Positions 24,554 to 35,053 are shown, counted from the first letter of the stretch. The stretch: DNA of 64,000 bases from Minisyncoccota bacterium (GCA_041664585.1 JBAYKL010000004.1:19775-83774), one strand, 5' to 3'. Notes: generated from the sequence alone by a model not told the origin. Numbers and translations are program-made.

Positions 24554-27500
24554 ATGAAATTAAGATCAAAATTAATTTTAATATCTCTTGTTTCGTTGTC
24601 TTTTTGTTTTGTTTCTTCTGTTTTTGCTGCCGGTTGTGGAAAGGAATATTCATCAGAAGGGGATTACTATTATCAGTGTGATGGAACTCAGGTTACACAA
24701 ACGGCTGTTGTAATGTTCGGAGATATTATAGATAATTTTACGAATTCATCGACTACGGCTTCTTGGAGGTTTTATGATGGTGTAAACAAAAGAGAAGCTT
24801 TTTATACAACGGTTTTACCGCCGTTAAACGTTAGTTTAGTCATCTCCTCTAGTAGAACCGACTATGATATATTTACCGCTGCTGGCTCGCCCACATTTCC
24901 TGTAAACATTACTTTAACTATTGCTTCTGGAACGGTGGTATCTTCTACTAGAAGTGATAGGGGAGCAATTTATGGTAGTCAAAATCTACCAGCGGGATCT
25001 ATTGTTTCTATAATAAATAACGGAGCTATTATTGGAAGAGGAGGAGACGGAGGTGGAGCTGCTGGTCCAAATTGGCTTACAAATGGTGTTGGTTCACAAA
25101 ACGGTGGATCTGCTATTTCGTTAGTTGCTAATTCTAGTATTGTCACAAATAATGGGAAAATTTATGGCGGAGGAGGCGGAGGTGGCTATTGTCCTAAGGG
25201 AGGTCCAATTGGTGTGTATTATCCTGGTGATCCTGTTTATGTTTGGGGAGGTGCTGGAGGCGGAGCAGGAGGTAGCTCTGGTGGTCACGGATCATGCGGT
25301 TATGCACAAGGTGGTACTTCTGGAATAAACGGTACTCCAGGTAATGGTATTACGTGTAGCGGTAAGGGTGGCGGTGCCGGAGGTTCTTATGGTTCTCCTG
25401 GGGTTGTAGCTACTTGTACGGCCGGTCAAGATTACTGGATGGGCCCAGCTGCCGGAGGTAACTCTATATTAACTAGTAATTTTGATTTATGTATTGATGG
25501 AAACTCTTCTAGTACTGTAAAAGGGGATATTAGTAGTGCTTATAATGTAAGTTGTCCTTTTACTAAAGCACCGCTTCCTACCGTTACAATTTCAGCTACT
25601 CCTAACCCAGTAGTTTATGGTAACTCTAGCGTCGTAACATGGTCTTCGACAAACACTGTGTCGTGCTCTGCGGTGGATGGATGGGCTACCTCTAGCTCAA
25701 TAAGCGGATCTGCAAATATTAATATCTTGAGATTGAATAAAAGTTTTACGATATCTTGTGTAACAAATAATGGAACTATTACTTATGCAACTACTACGGT
25801 ACAGGTAAGCCCCGCTCCACCTACGTCCCAGAGGATGATAAATTCTGGTCTTATCGGATACTGGCCCTTTGATGAAGCGTCTGGATCAAAAGCAGTAGAT
25901 TATTCTGTTAATGGTAATGATGGAAATATTCTCAATGGGGTTTCAATAAATCAGCCTGGTAAAATTGGAAGAGCTTATGGTTTTGATGGTGTTGATGATA
26001 TTGTTAACCTTGGCAATTTTGATTCATATCTTGTTGGTAAAGAAAATTTATCTTTTTCTGCTTGGATAAAAGGAGATACTTTTAATACTAATAAAACTAT
26101 TTTATCAAACACACTTGATGGTGCTGCACAGTTAGAATTTTATATTAACCCAACAAGTATATCTTTTTGTGACTATACCAATGGGGTGCCAAATGGTTGG
26201 TGTCCAGGTGTTTTTAATCAAAGTCTTAGTTTAAGTAGTTGGCATCTTCTAGTTGCTGTATTTCGTCCTGGCACGGTTGAACTTTTTGTTGATGGTGTGT
26301 CTGTCGGTAGTAAATCTGTATCTGGTGCAACAGCGAGACAGTCTGGTTCAAATGCCAAGAATCTTATAATTGGTGGGAGGTCTGTTGCTAGTTATATGAA
26401 TAAGTGGGACGGCATGATAGATGAGGTGGCTATTTGGGATAGGCCTCTTTCAAGCCAGGATGTTTTTGATTTGTATAATGGTGGTCAAGGTATGAGCTTA
26501 ATCAATTCTTGTCCTTCTGGGGAAGAATATATTTATACTGGTAGCTATGATGTTCCACCTTCAACATATGATATTCCTGATACTATGAATTGTGGATGTG
26601 GAGATGATTCAAATTCTTGTGGTTGTGGTGATTCTTACTCTTGCCCATGTGGTGATTCAAATAGTTGCCCTTGCGGGGATGATTCAATGTCTTGTGAGTG
26701 TGGAGACGATTCTTATTCTTGCAGTTGTGGAGATTATGGATGTGAAATCTGGGAAGGTTCATATGATTGTGCGTGTGGTAATGAAATTTATCTTCCAGAA
26801 GAATGGGGTTATTGTTGTGAAGACTTGGTGCCAGACACAATGTCTTGTGAGTGTGGGGACGATTCTTATTCTTGTGGATATTGGGGAGACGAGCCTTGCG
26901 GCGATGATTCCTATTCTTGTGCCTGTGGCGATGAATACTGGGAGCCATACGAATGTTTATGTAGTATGGAATATTATGAGCCTGATACTATGGATTGTTA
27001 TTGTGGAGATCAGGAGGTTTGTGTCGTTGATAACAATAATTGTTCTTGTGGAGACTCTTACTCTTGCGCGTGTGGTAACGATTCTAATTCTTGTCCGTGT
27101 GGCGGAGACCTAAATTCTTGTTTTTGTGGAGATGATCCTTACACTTGCGGTTGCGGAGATGAAACGATGTCTTGTCTTTGTGATAACGCTTATAGTACAT
27201 ATGTTCCAGGATGGACTGAATACACTGGACGTTGTGTCCCGACAGATACTTTAGAAACCTTTATTGTGTCCCCAAGTGAAGTTCTTCCTGACAATAAATT
27301 TAATTTAAGTTATCGTACAAGCAACTTCAACCCTGGGGATACTTGCGTTGCTTCTGGTGGTTATGGTTGGTCTGGAACCCTCAATACAAATCCGACTATA
27401 CAGATAGAGGTTGGACCAATACCGACAAGCAAGACTTTTAATTTGATTTGTACTAGGGCCTCAGATAGCAAAACCGCTTCCGATTCAAAAACTATTAATC

Positions 27501-27847
27501 TAATTACACAACAACCAAATCATCTTACTTATACGGAAGAGGATGGTGTGGTGTGTAGTGTTGAGCAAGCAGGTAGAAATGGAAAGATATATGTAAACAA
27601 AAATACCATTTGGACATTAAATTCCCCAGTGGATTTATTAAACTATTCTATATCTACAGAATGGTTTGGTGATGGTATTAATACAATAACGAACTCTACG
27701 AGTACGTCTAAAATTTATACAACCGTTGGTCTTAAAAAAATAGCAGCCACTACAACTGCGACTAAGATTGGAGGAACCACCTACTATCTTATTTGTTCTA
27801 CCTCTACAAATGTTATTTTAGGTAACGATCTTATAAAGGAGATTTAG
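24554..27847 (+). CDS. Giant secreted surface protein (1097 aa). Domain order: signal peptide, Gly-rich low-complexity region, LamG/ConA-like domain, array of Cys-rich C-x-C-G-D-(D/S)-S-x-S mini-repeats, Ig-like C-terminal region.
   Basis: Signal peptide MKLRSKLILISLVSLSFCFVSSVFA; LamG motifs (GYWPFDEASG...AIWDRPLSSQDV) shared with the 16657 and 35864 proteins. Confidence 0.7.
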   Translation: MKLRSKLILISLVSLSFCFVSSVFAAGCGKEYSSEGDYYYQCDGTQVTQTAVVMFGDIIDNFTNSSTTASWRFYDGVNKREAFYTTVLPPLNVSLVISSSRTDYDIFTAAGSPTFPVNITLTIASGTVVSSTRSDRGAIYGSQNLPAGSIVSIINNGAIIGRGGDGGGAAGPNWLTNGVGSQNGGSAISLVANSSIVTNNGKIYGGGGGGGYCPKGGPIGVYYPGDPVYVWGGAGGGAGGSSGGHGSCGYAQGGTSGINGTPGNGITCSGKGGGAGGSYGSPGVVATCTAGQDYWMGPAAGGNSILTSNFDLCIDGNSSSTVKGDISSAYNVSCPFTKAPLPTVTISATPNPVVYGNSSVVTWSSTNTVSCSAVDGWATSSSISGSANINILRLNKSFTISCVTNNGTITYATTTVQVSPAPPTSQRMINSGLIGYWPFDEASGSKAVDYSVNGNDGNILNGVSINQPGKIGRAYGFDGVDDIVNLGNFDSYLVGKENLSFSAWIKGDTFNTNKTILSNTLDGAAQLEFYINPTSISFCDYTNGVPNGWCPGVFNQSLSLSSWHLLVAVFRPGTVELFVDGVSVGSKSVSGATARQSGSNAKNLIIGGRSVASYMNKWDGMIDEVAIWDRPLSSQDVFDLYNGGQGMSLINSCPSGEEYIYTGSYDVPPSTYDIPDTMNCGCGDDSNSCGCGDSYSCPCGDSNSCPCGDDSMSCECGDDSYSCSCGDYGCEIWEGSYDCACGNEIYLPEEWGYCCEDLVPDTMSCECGDDSYSCGYWGDEPCGDDSYSCACGDEYWEPYECLCSMEYYEPDTMDCYCGDQEVCVVDNNNCSCGDSYSCACGNDSNSCPCGGDLNSCFCGDDPYTCGCGDETMSCLCDNAYSTYVPGWTEYTGRCVPTDTLETFIVSPSEVLPDNKFNLSYRTSNFNPGDTCVASGGYGWSGTLNTNPTIQIEVGPIPTSKTFNLICTRASDSKTASDSKTINLITQQPNHLTYTEEDGVVCSVEQAGRNGKIYVNKNTIWTLNSPVDLLNYSISTEWFGDGINTITNSTSTSKIYTTVGLKKIAATTTATKIGGTTYYLICSTSTNVILGNDLIKEI
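26583..27180 (+). repeat. Imperfect tandem DNA repeats with a 24/27-bp period (TGYnnnTGYGGnGAYkmnwmyTCT) encoding about 20 CxCGDDSxS units. They include a nested ~35-bp duplicate (26687-26722 and 26837-26876).
   Basis: Periodicity visible in both the nucleotide sequence and the translation. Confidence 0.7.
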
Positions 27848-27865
27848 TATGAATTATACAAAGGG

Positions 27866-27905
27866 TGGGTATAAGGAGTTTATCTTTTTATTATACTCCT
27901 AAATT
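27866..27905 (+). terminator. Hairpin aggagt-N14-actcct plus a T-rich tract after the giant gene.
   Basis: Read directly; weaker U-run. Confidence 0.4.
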
Positions 27906-27948
27906 CCTATTTCTTTATATTACGATAATGATATAATTATTTGTAATT

Positions 27949-29730
27949 ATGCAACTTGATAATAAACAAATCAAAGAATTTATTATAGATGCGGGGCTTG
28001 TGAGCCGAACAGAATATGATGAAATGGAAAAAGAGGCAGATGCTTTAGTCCATGGTTCTGGTCAATTCAACAAAAAGGATACAGTAGAAAAGCTCCTTGT
28101 TAGCAAGGGAAAGATTTCAGAGGATGATTTACGCAGAGCCCAAGCATATGTTTACGGTATTCCATTTGTAGATCTAAAAGGGCAGAAGATAGATTTTATG
28201 GTTCTTTCTCTTATACCAGAACCTATTGCTAGAAAAAACAATATTGTTGCATTTAGAAGAAATATTGATTCTCTTGAGGTTGCAATGTTAGATACAGATG
28301 ATCTTGCTTCAATTGAATTTATAAAGAAGAAAGTTGGGCTAAAGATTTCACCTCGTCTTACTGACACCGACTCTATTAAGAGTGCAATTCTACAATATCA
28401 AAAAAGTCTAAAAGCTGAATTTGGTGACTTAATACAAAAAGATGTTGCCGCTTTAAAGACTACTGACACGTCTGTGGTGGCGGGTGATTCTCCAAATGAC
28501 TCTCTCAAAAAACTTGCAGAAGATTTACCCGTTGTTCGTATTGTAGATACTCTTCTTAAACATGCTGTATTACAGAATGCTTCTGATATTCATATGGAAT
28601 GTATGGAGAATGAAATGCTTGTGAGATATAGGATTGATGGACTTTTGCATGATGCAATGATTCTTCCAAAAAATGCTTCAATGAGTATTACGGCTAGAAT
28701 AAAAGTTCTTGCTAGCTTAAAGCTGGATGAAAAGAGATTGCCACAAGATGGTAGATTCAAAATCGATGTAAATGGTGAGCCAGTTTCTTTCAGGGTCTCA
28801 ATTATTCCTACATATTTTGGAGAGAAAACGGTTATGAGGCTTTTGAGAGAGGGAGGCGGGGGCTACACTCTTGAGTCTATGGGTTTCCATGGAGAAACAT
28901 TAGAGAGAATATATGAAGCTACAAAACAGGCAAATGGCATGATCCTTACGACTGGTCCTACTGGATCTGGTAAAACAACAACCTTGTATTCCATACTAGA
29001 AATCCTCAATACTCCAGATGTAAATATTTCTACTATCGAAGACCCTATCGAATATCAAATGCCTAGAGTAAATCAAACCCAAGTAAAACCAGAGATTGGT
29101 TTTACATTCGCTAATGGTTTAAGATCTTTAGTTAGGCAAGATCCAGATATCATAATGGTTGGAGAAATCAGAGACACCGAAACGGCATCTCTTGCTGTAA
29201 ATGCAGCTCTTACTGGACACTTGGTTCTTTCAACTTTACACACCAATAGCGCTGCTGGTGCAGTACCTAGGCTTATAGATATGAAGATAGAGCCTTTTCT
29301 ACTTGTTTCTACAATAAATATAATAATGGCGCAAAGACTTGTAAGAAGACTAGGAAAAGTAAAGGAAAAATATTTGCTTTCTAAAACAGAACTTCAGGAA
29401 CTATCTAAAGTAGTAGATATGAATAGAGTCTTAGAATTTTTAAAAGCAGAAAAAGTTGTTGGAGAAAAGGATGATTGGAGTAAAATTCATTTCTATAAAC
29501 CAAAAGAATCAGAGGATGCAAAAGATGGTTTCTCTGGCAGAGTCGGAATACATGAAGCGCTTAGGATGACGGGGACTATAAAAGACTCGATTATGAAAGG
29601 AGCTACATCAGACGAAATAGACGCACAAGCTAAAAAAGAAGGCATGATCTCAATGTTTGAAGACGGTGTCTTCAAAGCTGCTTCTGGACTTACCACTCTT
29701 GAGGAAGTTTTGAGAGTGGTTTCTGAGTAA
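27949..29730 (+). CDS. pilB: Type IV pilus assembly ATPase PilB/GspE, paralog 2.
   Basis: 593 aa; Walker A GPTGSGKTTTLY; Asp/His boxes; upstream of pilC. Confidence 0.85.
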   Translation: MQLDNKQIKEFIIDAGLVSRTEYDEMEKEADALVHGSGQFNKKDTVEKLLVSKGKISEDDLRRAQAYVYGIPFVDLKGQKIDFMVLSLIPEPIARKNNIVAFRRNIDSLEVAMLDTDDLASIEFIKKKVGLKISPRLTDTDSIKSAILQYQKSLKAEFGDLIQKDVAALKTTDTSVVAGDSPNDSLKKLAEDLPVVRIVDTLLKHAVLQNASDIHMECMENEMLVRYRIDGLLHDAMILPKNASMSITARIKVLASLKLDEKRLPQDGRFKIDVNGEPVSFRVSIIPTYFGEKTVMRLLREGGGGYTLESMGFHGETLERIYEATKQANGMILTTGPTGSGKTTTLYSILEILNTPDVNISTIEDPIEYQMPRVNQTQVKPEIGFTFANGLRSLVRQDPDIIMVGEIRDTETASLAVNAALTGHLVLSTLHTNSAAGAVPRLIDMKIEPFLLVSTINIIMAQRLVRRLGKVKEKYLLSKTELQELSKVVDMNRVLEFLKAEKVVGEKDDWSKIHFYKPKESEDAKDGFSGRVGIHEALRMTGTIKDSIMKGATSDEIDAQAKKEGMISMFEDGVFKAASGLTTLEEVLRVVSE

Positions 29731-29741
29731 AATAAATTAAA

Positions 29742-30953
29742 ATGCATTTTAAATTTAAAGCGGTAAAAAGTAGCGGAGAGAAATATGAAGGAGTGAGAGA
29801 ATCTCGCGATAAGTTTTCTTTATATGCAGAGATAAAAGCAGAAGGGGATACTTTAATTACAGCAAAAGAGATTTTTAAAAAAACTTCTAGTTTTTCAAAA
29901 ATTGATGGTTTTATAAATAGAGTTCCAATGCATCAGAGAATAATCTTTGCTAAGAATTTAGGCTCTATGTTAGATGCAGGTCTTTCTTTGGCCCGTGCTT
30001 TAGCTGTTCTCGAGAAGCAGGTAAAGAATGGAAAGCTAAAAAGTATAATTACTTCAATTTCTATTGATATCAAAACCGGTAGAACTCTAAGTGAAGCACT
30101 AAGACCTTATCCAGACACTTTTTCCCAACTTTTTATTTCCATGGTAAAAGCAGGAGAAGAAAGCGGAAAGCTTTCCGAATCTCTTATTATAGTAGCCGCA
30201 CAAATGGATGGTAATTATAAACTTAAGCAGAAGATAAAGGGAGCAATGATATATCCGGCTGTTATTATCTCCATCATGATTATTATTGGTGTTCTTATGC
30301 TCATCTTTGTCGTACCTAGCGTTACGGCTACATTTAAGGATTTAAAAATTCAACTTCCTTTTCTAACTAGAATTCTTATTGGCGCTAGTGACTTTTTGAA
30401 AAATAATATATTTATTTCTTTTATTGCCGTCATTGCCGTTTCGGTTGGTACATATTTATTATCAATTTCATCTAAGGGCAAAAGATTTTTGGATGGACTG
30501 TTTCTAAAAATGCCAGTGGTAGGGGATTTGGTAAGGGAAACTAATTCGGCTAGAACAGCCAGAACAATTTCATCTCTTCTTTCTTCTGGTGTGGCTTTTG
30601 CAGAGGCGATCTCTATAACTCAGGATGTTGTACAGAATTCTTTTTTCAAAGATATTCTTAAGGAAGCTCGTATAAAGGTTGAAAAAGGAGAAACGATTTC
30701 GAGTGTGTTTTTAAGTAAAACAAATATTTGCCCTATTTTTATAGGAGAAATGATGAGTGTTGGGGAAGAGACAGGAAGACTTCCGTCTATGCTTATGGAG
30801 GTTGCACTTTTTTATGAAAATTCAGTAGATCAAAAGACGAAAGATCTTTCTACTATAGTGGAGCCAGTACTTATGGTTATTATAGGCGTAGCCGTTGGAT
30901 TCTTTGCTCTTGCTATGATCACTCCAATATATTCTTTGATGGATACAATTTAG
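29742..30953 (+). CDS. pilC: Type IV pilus inner-membrane platform protein PilC (GspF family).
   Basis: 403 aa; duplicated GspF domains; 3 TM segments. Confidence 0.85.
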   Translation: MHFKFKAVKSSGEKYEGVRESRDKFSLYAEIKAEGDTLITAKEIFKKTSSFSKIDGFINRVPMHQRIIFAKNLGSMLDAGLSLARALAVLEKQVKNGKLKSIITSISIDIKTGRTLSEALRPYPDTFSQLFISMVKAGEESGKLSESLIIVAAQMDGNYKLKQKIKGAMIYPAVIISIMIIIGVLMLIFVVPSVTATFKDLKIQLPFLTRILIGASDFLKNNIFISFIAVIAVSVGTYLLSISSKGKRFLDGLFLKMPVVGDLVRETNSARTARTISSLLSSGVAFAEAISITQDVVQNSFFKDILKEARIKVEKGETISSVFLSKTNICPIFIGEMMSVGEETGRLPSMLMEVALFYENSVDQKTKDLSTIVEPVLMVIIGVAVGFFALAMITPIYSLMDTI

Positions 30954-30971
30954 AAGTGGCAAATTAATTTA

Positions 30972-31463
30972 ATGCAAAAGAAAAATCTTAAAAGAGGAAT
31001 ATTACTTGTTGAGGTTATCATATCTGTTTTTATTATTTCTGTTGTTGTGAGCGTGCTTATAACAGCAAGTAATTTGTATTTAACAGCTTCCTCTTCTGGT
31101 TTGAAATCTACAAAGGCAATGTACTTTGCTCAGGAGGGGATGGAGGCCGTTAGAATTATAAGAGACAAGTCTTGGCAGGACTTTCAGAGCCTTAATGAAG
31201 GAGAAGATTATTACTTGTATTTTTCAATATCTGCTTCAAGTACCTGGAATGCAACGACATCGGTTTTCTATAAAACTACAGGTGGTATAGATAGATGGTT
31301 TGTGATAAGCCCTGTGCGTCGTGCGTATACTAGAATTACAGAAGGTGAAGGAGAGGTTGATCTATATACAAAGAAAGTTGATGTTTTTGTTTCCTGGCAA
31401 GATAGGGAAAGGGTGATTACAAAAACATTATCAACCTATTTAACAAAAATAATTCCAGATTAA
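30972..31463 (+). CDS. Prepilin-type protein (class III signal: KRG / ILLVE with Glu+5).
   Basis: N-terminal motif KRGILLVEVIISVFII. Confidence 0.65.
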   Translation: MQKKNLKRGILLVEVIISVFIISVVVSVLITASNLYLTASSSGLKSTKAMYFAQEGMEAVRIIRDKSWQDFQSLNEGEDYYLYFSISASSTWNATTSVFYKTTGGIDRWFVISPVRRAYTRITEGEGEVDLYTKKVDVFVSWQDRERVITKTLSTYLTKIIPD

Positions 31464-31978
31464 TGAATAAAACATCATTTAAAAAAGGGTTTTCTTTTCC
31501 AGAAATATTGGTTTATATAGCCATCATGACCACTATCTTACTTATTGTCGTTAATATAGTTTTTTTTGTTTCAAAATCCATAAGACAATCATCCTCATAT
31601 AATAATATAAGAAACTCAGCAGTATTTGGTTTAGAGAAAATTAAAAAAGAGGTAATGTCTTCATATGGGATTGATTTAAATCAGAGCGTGTTCGATTCTT
31701 CAAATGGGGTTCTTGTTTTAAATTCAAAAGATGAGAATGATATTTCTAAAACGATCAAATTTTATTTAGACGACGGTTTGGTGAAGATGGACATTGACGG
31801 AGATTTTGCGAGCACAGTTACTTACAGTGACACGAGAGTTTTGAAACTATTTTTTGTACCAATAGACACTGTAAATTCCAAGGGTGTAAAAATAGAGATG
31901 GGTATTAGCGGGGAGGGTACCAATTTTTTGGTTGCCGAAGATTTCTATAGTACTGTTGTCCTAAGAAACTCATATTAA
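31463..31978 (+). CDS. Prepilin-type protein (KKG / FSFPE with Glu+5).
   Basis: N-terminal motif KKGFSFPEILVYIAIM; 1-nt overlap with the upstream gene. Confidence 0.65.
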   Translation: MNKTSFKKGFSFPEILVYIAIMTTILLIVVNIVFFVSKSIRQSSSYNNIRNSAVFGLEKIKKEVMSSYGIDLNQSVFDSSNGVLVLNSKDENDISKTIKFYLDDGLVKMDIDGDFASTVTYSDTRVLKLFFVPIDTVNSKGVKIEMGISGEGTNFLVAEDFYSTVVLRNSY

Positions 31979-31980
31979 TT

Positions 31981-32379
31981 ATGAATACTGTTATCAAAAG
32001 ACAAAATAATTTAAAGAGTGGACAGGTAATGATTTTGACCGCTATCTTTTTTGTTGTTTTTACATCTGGTATCTGTTTGGGTTTGATAGACCCAGTAGTA
32101 GAACAAATAAAAAATTCCAATTATTATTGGAATTTAAATGAAAGTTATTATTTAGTAGAAGCTGGAGTTGAGGATGTTGCTTATAGATTTAAAGGTAACG
32201 TAAATATGAATGGAGAAGAGACAACCTTGATAAATCAATCCGGAATTGTTACCGACATATCAGAGCAGGACGGTAATGGTATCACAGTTTCTGCATTGGG
32301 TGATGAAAGAGTAAGGACTGAACTAAAAAAGGGCATCGATGAACAACCCTTTGAGATATTAAATTGGAGAGAAATATAG
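31981..32379 (+). CDS. Minor pilin-like protein lacking Glu+5 (PilX-like N-terminus KSGQVMILTAIFFVV).
   Basis: Hydrophobic N-terminal helix after a G; operon context. Confidence 0.45.
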   Translation: MNTVIKRQNNLKSGQVMILTAIFFVVFTSGICLGLIDPVVEQIKNSNYYWNLNESYYLVEAGVEDVAYRFKGNVNMNGEETTLINQSGIVTDISEQDGNGITVSALGDERVRTELKKGIDEQPFEILNWREI

Positions 32380-32440
32380 TTATTTGAGAATAAGGCTATT
32401 TCTTCCAAAAAACACCATTTGGTGATAATATGTTTATTAT

Positions 32441-33610
32441 ATGAATAGTGATAAAAACTCTAAATTAGTTATAAATATTACAGCAGGGTCTTTCTTTAAG
32501 GCCGTATTAATTGTCTTGGGTCTATGGTTTTTGTTTTTTATTAAGGATTTAGTCTTGGTTGTTTTGACAGCCGTTGTTATTGCATCAAGTATCGAACCTT
32601 TAGTAACCTGGTTTAAGAAATTTAAAATAGCTCGTTTACCAAGTGTTATTATTACTTACCTTACTCTTCTCGCTATGTTCGTCGGACTATTTTATTTCTT
32701 TGTGCCATCAGTTTTAAATGAGGCATCAAGTTTTCTTTCTTCCGTCCCTAAGTATTTAGAAACAACTCCTCTCTGGAACCCTTTGAATGTTAATAAAGAA
32801 GATGTTACAAAAACCCAAAAGATTGCGCAAACTCTTTCTGCAGGCATAAGTGATCCTGAGCAGCTTGCCGCTAATCTTACCAGTCAGGGGCTAAGTACTA
32901 TAAAAGCTTCAGGCTTAGGTCTTAAGGACATCATATCTGGTATTCAAAGTGTTACATCAAATGTGTCGGATGGTTTTATTAAAATAGTTTCAGCTGTATT
33001 CGGTGGACTTCTATCTTTTATTCTTATTGTGGTTATTTCTTTCTATCTCGCAGTACAAGAAGATGGTGTGGCGAAATTCCTTGGACTTATTACTCCAGTA
33101 AAACATGAAAAGTATATTGTTGATTTATGGAAGAGATCACAGAGAAAAATAGGGCAGTGGATGCAGGGTCAGCTTTTGCTTATGATTCTCATAGGAGTTT
33201 TAACATATCTTGGCCTTATGATCTTAGGTGTAAAAAATGCGATTCTTCTCGCTGTCCTTGCTGGTCTCCTTGAGATCATTCCTTTGTTTGGTCCAGTTAT
33301 AGCTGCTATTCCAGCAATACTTGTCTCTTTTGTAGATGGGGGGATCACTGCTGGTTTGTTGGTTACAGGCCTTTACGTTATTGTTCAACAATTTGAGAAT
33401 CACCTCATTTATCCGCTTGTTGTAAAGAAGATTGTTGGAGTTTCTCCAATTTTTGTCATTCTCTCTATTATTATCGGTGCAAAATTAGCTGGTTTCTTGG
33501 GCGTTGTACTTTCAGTTCCAATAATTTCTGCAATCATGGAATTTGTTGATGATATAGATAGAAGAAAAACTCTTTTTTGGCGAAAGGCAGAAGAATCAAA
33601 AGAATCCTAA
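32441..33610 (+). CDS. AI-2E family transporter (PerM/YhhT-like, UPF0118).
   Basis: 389 aa; 8 TM; conserved EPLV and PLFGP regions. Confidence 0.75.
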   Translation: MNSDKNSKLVINITAGSFFKAVLIVLGLWFLFFIKDLVLVVLTAVVIASSIEPLVTWFKKFKIARLPSVIITYLTLLAMFVGLFYFFVPSVLNEASSFLSSVPKYLETTPLWNPLNVNKEDVTKTQKIAQTLSAGISDPEQLAANLTSQGLSTIKASGLGLKDIISGIQSVTSNVSDGFIKIVSAVFGGLLSFILIVVISFYLAVQEDGVAKFLGLITPVKHEKYIVDLWKRSQRKIGQWMQGQLLLMILIGVLTYLGLMILGVKNAILLAVLAGLLEIIPLFGPVIAAIPAILVSFVDGGITAGLLVTGLYVIVQQFENHLIYPLVVKKIVGVSPIFVILSIIIGAKLAGFLGVVLSVPIISAIMEFVDDIDRRKTLFWRKAEESKES

Positions 33611-35052
33611 TGAAAAAACCATTTTATATTACAACTACTCTTCCATATGTGAACGCTAAGGCCCATATAGGACACGCTTTAGAATTTACACGTGCGGATA
33701 TTATAGCTCGTTACAAAAAACTCGCTGGGTATGAAGTGTTTTTTAATACAGGATCAGATGAGCATGGAATAAAGATTTATAATAAAGCTCAAGAAGAAGG
33801 AAAGGATGTACAGACCTATGTGGATGAATATGCTCAAAAGCTAAAAGACGTTTTGAAGATGCTTGGGATATCAGAAGATATAAATTTCATCAGAACGACT
33901 GATGAAAGCCACATAAAAGCAGCACAAGAGTTTTGGAGAAGGTGTGATAAAAATGGATTTATATATAAAAAGAATTACAAAATAAAATATTGTGTCGGTT
34001 GTGAATTACAGAAATCAGATTCTGAGCTTGTAAATGGAAAATGTCCTGATCACCCAAATAGAGAGTTAGAGCTTATAGATGAAGAAAATTATTTTTTCAA
34101 ATTTTCTGCACTTGGTGAAAGACTCTTGAAATTCTATGAAGAAAATACAAAGTTTGTTATCCCTGATTTTAGATTTAATGAAATAAAAGCTTTTGTAAAA
34201 AGAGGACTGTCTGATTTTAGTATTTCAAGATTAAAATCTAAGATGCCGTGGGGGATAGAAGTACCAGGAGATGAAAACCAAGTGATGTATGTTTGGTTTG
34301 ATGCTCTTGTAAACTATATTTCTGCTATTGGTTGGCCAGATGATTTAGAAAAATTTAACAAATGGCATGTAGAGACTGGTGGAGTGGTGCAGTATTGTGG
34401 GAAGGATAATCTTCGTCAGCAGTCAGCGATGTGGCAAGCAATGCTTATGGCTGCAGATTTACCAAATTCAAAAACTATTGTAATAGACGGCTTTATTACA
34501 GGTGCCGGAGGTATAAAGATGAGTAAAAGCTTGGGTAATGTTGTTGATCCAATAGACCTTATAAATGAATACGGAACAGATGCTTTGAGATATTACCTTG
34601 CAAGAGAAGTTTCTTCTTTCGAAGATACACCTTTTACAAAGGAGATGTTTAAGGAATCATATAATGCAAATCTTGCAAATGGATTGGGGAATCTTGTGAG
34701 TAGAATAATGAAGATGGCAGAAAGTAATTTATCTGAACCGGTTTCAATTACAGAAATATTTAGTTCAGAAGAATATGTAAAATACATAGAGTCATACGAT
34801 ATTCAAAAAGCTACAGATTTAATTTGGAAAAAGATTGCTGAAATGGATTCTAAAATACAAAGTACTCAACCATTTAAATTAGTAAAGACTGATAAAGAAA
34901 AAGGGTGTGAGATTATAAAAGAATTAGTAAAAGACCTATCTGCTATTAGTGATTTACTTTTACCAATTCTTCCAGAAACTTCTGAGAAAATTAAAGCTTT
35001 GATTGTTTCAAACAAATCTCCAGAAAAGCCTCTCTTCCTAAGAAAAGAATAG
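33610..35052 (+). CDS. metG: Methionyl-tRNA synthetase (short form). The start was trimmed to MKKPFYITT.
   Basis: HIGH (AHIGHALEF), KMSKS (IKMSKSLGN), zinc knuckle CVGC...CPDH. Confidence 0.9.
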   Translation: MKKPFYITTTLPYVNAKAHIGHALEFTRADIIARYKKLAGYEVFFNTGSDEHGIKIYNKAQEEGKDVQTYVDEYAQKLKDVLKMLGISEDINFIRTTDESHIKAAQEFWRRCDKNGFIYKKNYKIKYCVGCELQKSDSELVNGKCPDHPNRELELIDEENYFFKFSALGERLLKFYEENTKFVIPDFRFNEIKAFVKRGLSDFSISRLKSKMPWGIEVPGDENQVMYVWFDALVNYISAIGWPDDLEKFNKWHVETGGVVQYCGKDNLRQQSAMWQAMLMAADLPNSKTIVIDGFITGAGGIKMSKSLGNVVDPIDLINEYGTDALRYYLAREVSSFEDTPFTKEMFKESYNANLANGLGNLVSRIMKMAESNLSEPVSITEIFSSEEYVKYIESYDIQKATDLIWKKIAEMDSKIQSTQPFKLVKTDKEKGCEIIKELVKDLSAISDLLLPILPETSEKIKALIVSNKSPEKPLFLRKE

Positions 35053-35053
35053 T

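Noticed and set aside
26583-27180. Regular 24-27-bp repeats were briefly considered as a CRISPR-like array.
   Set aside because: The repeats are contiguous, with no spacers, in-frame, and they encode a Cys-rich peptide array. No cas genes are present.
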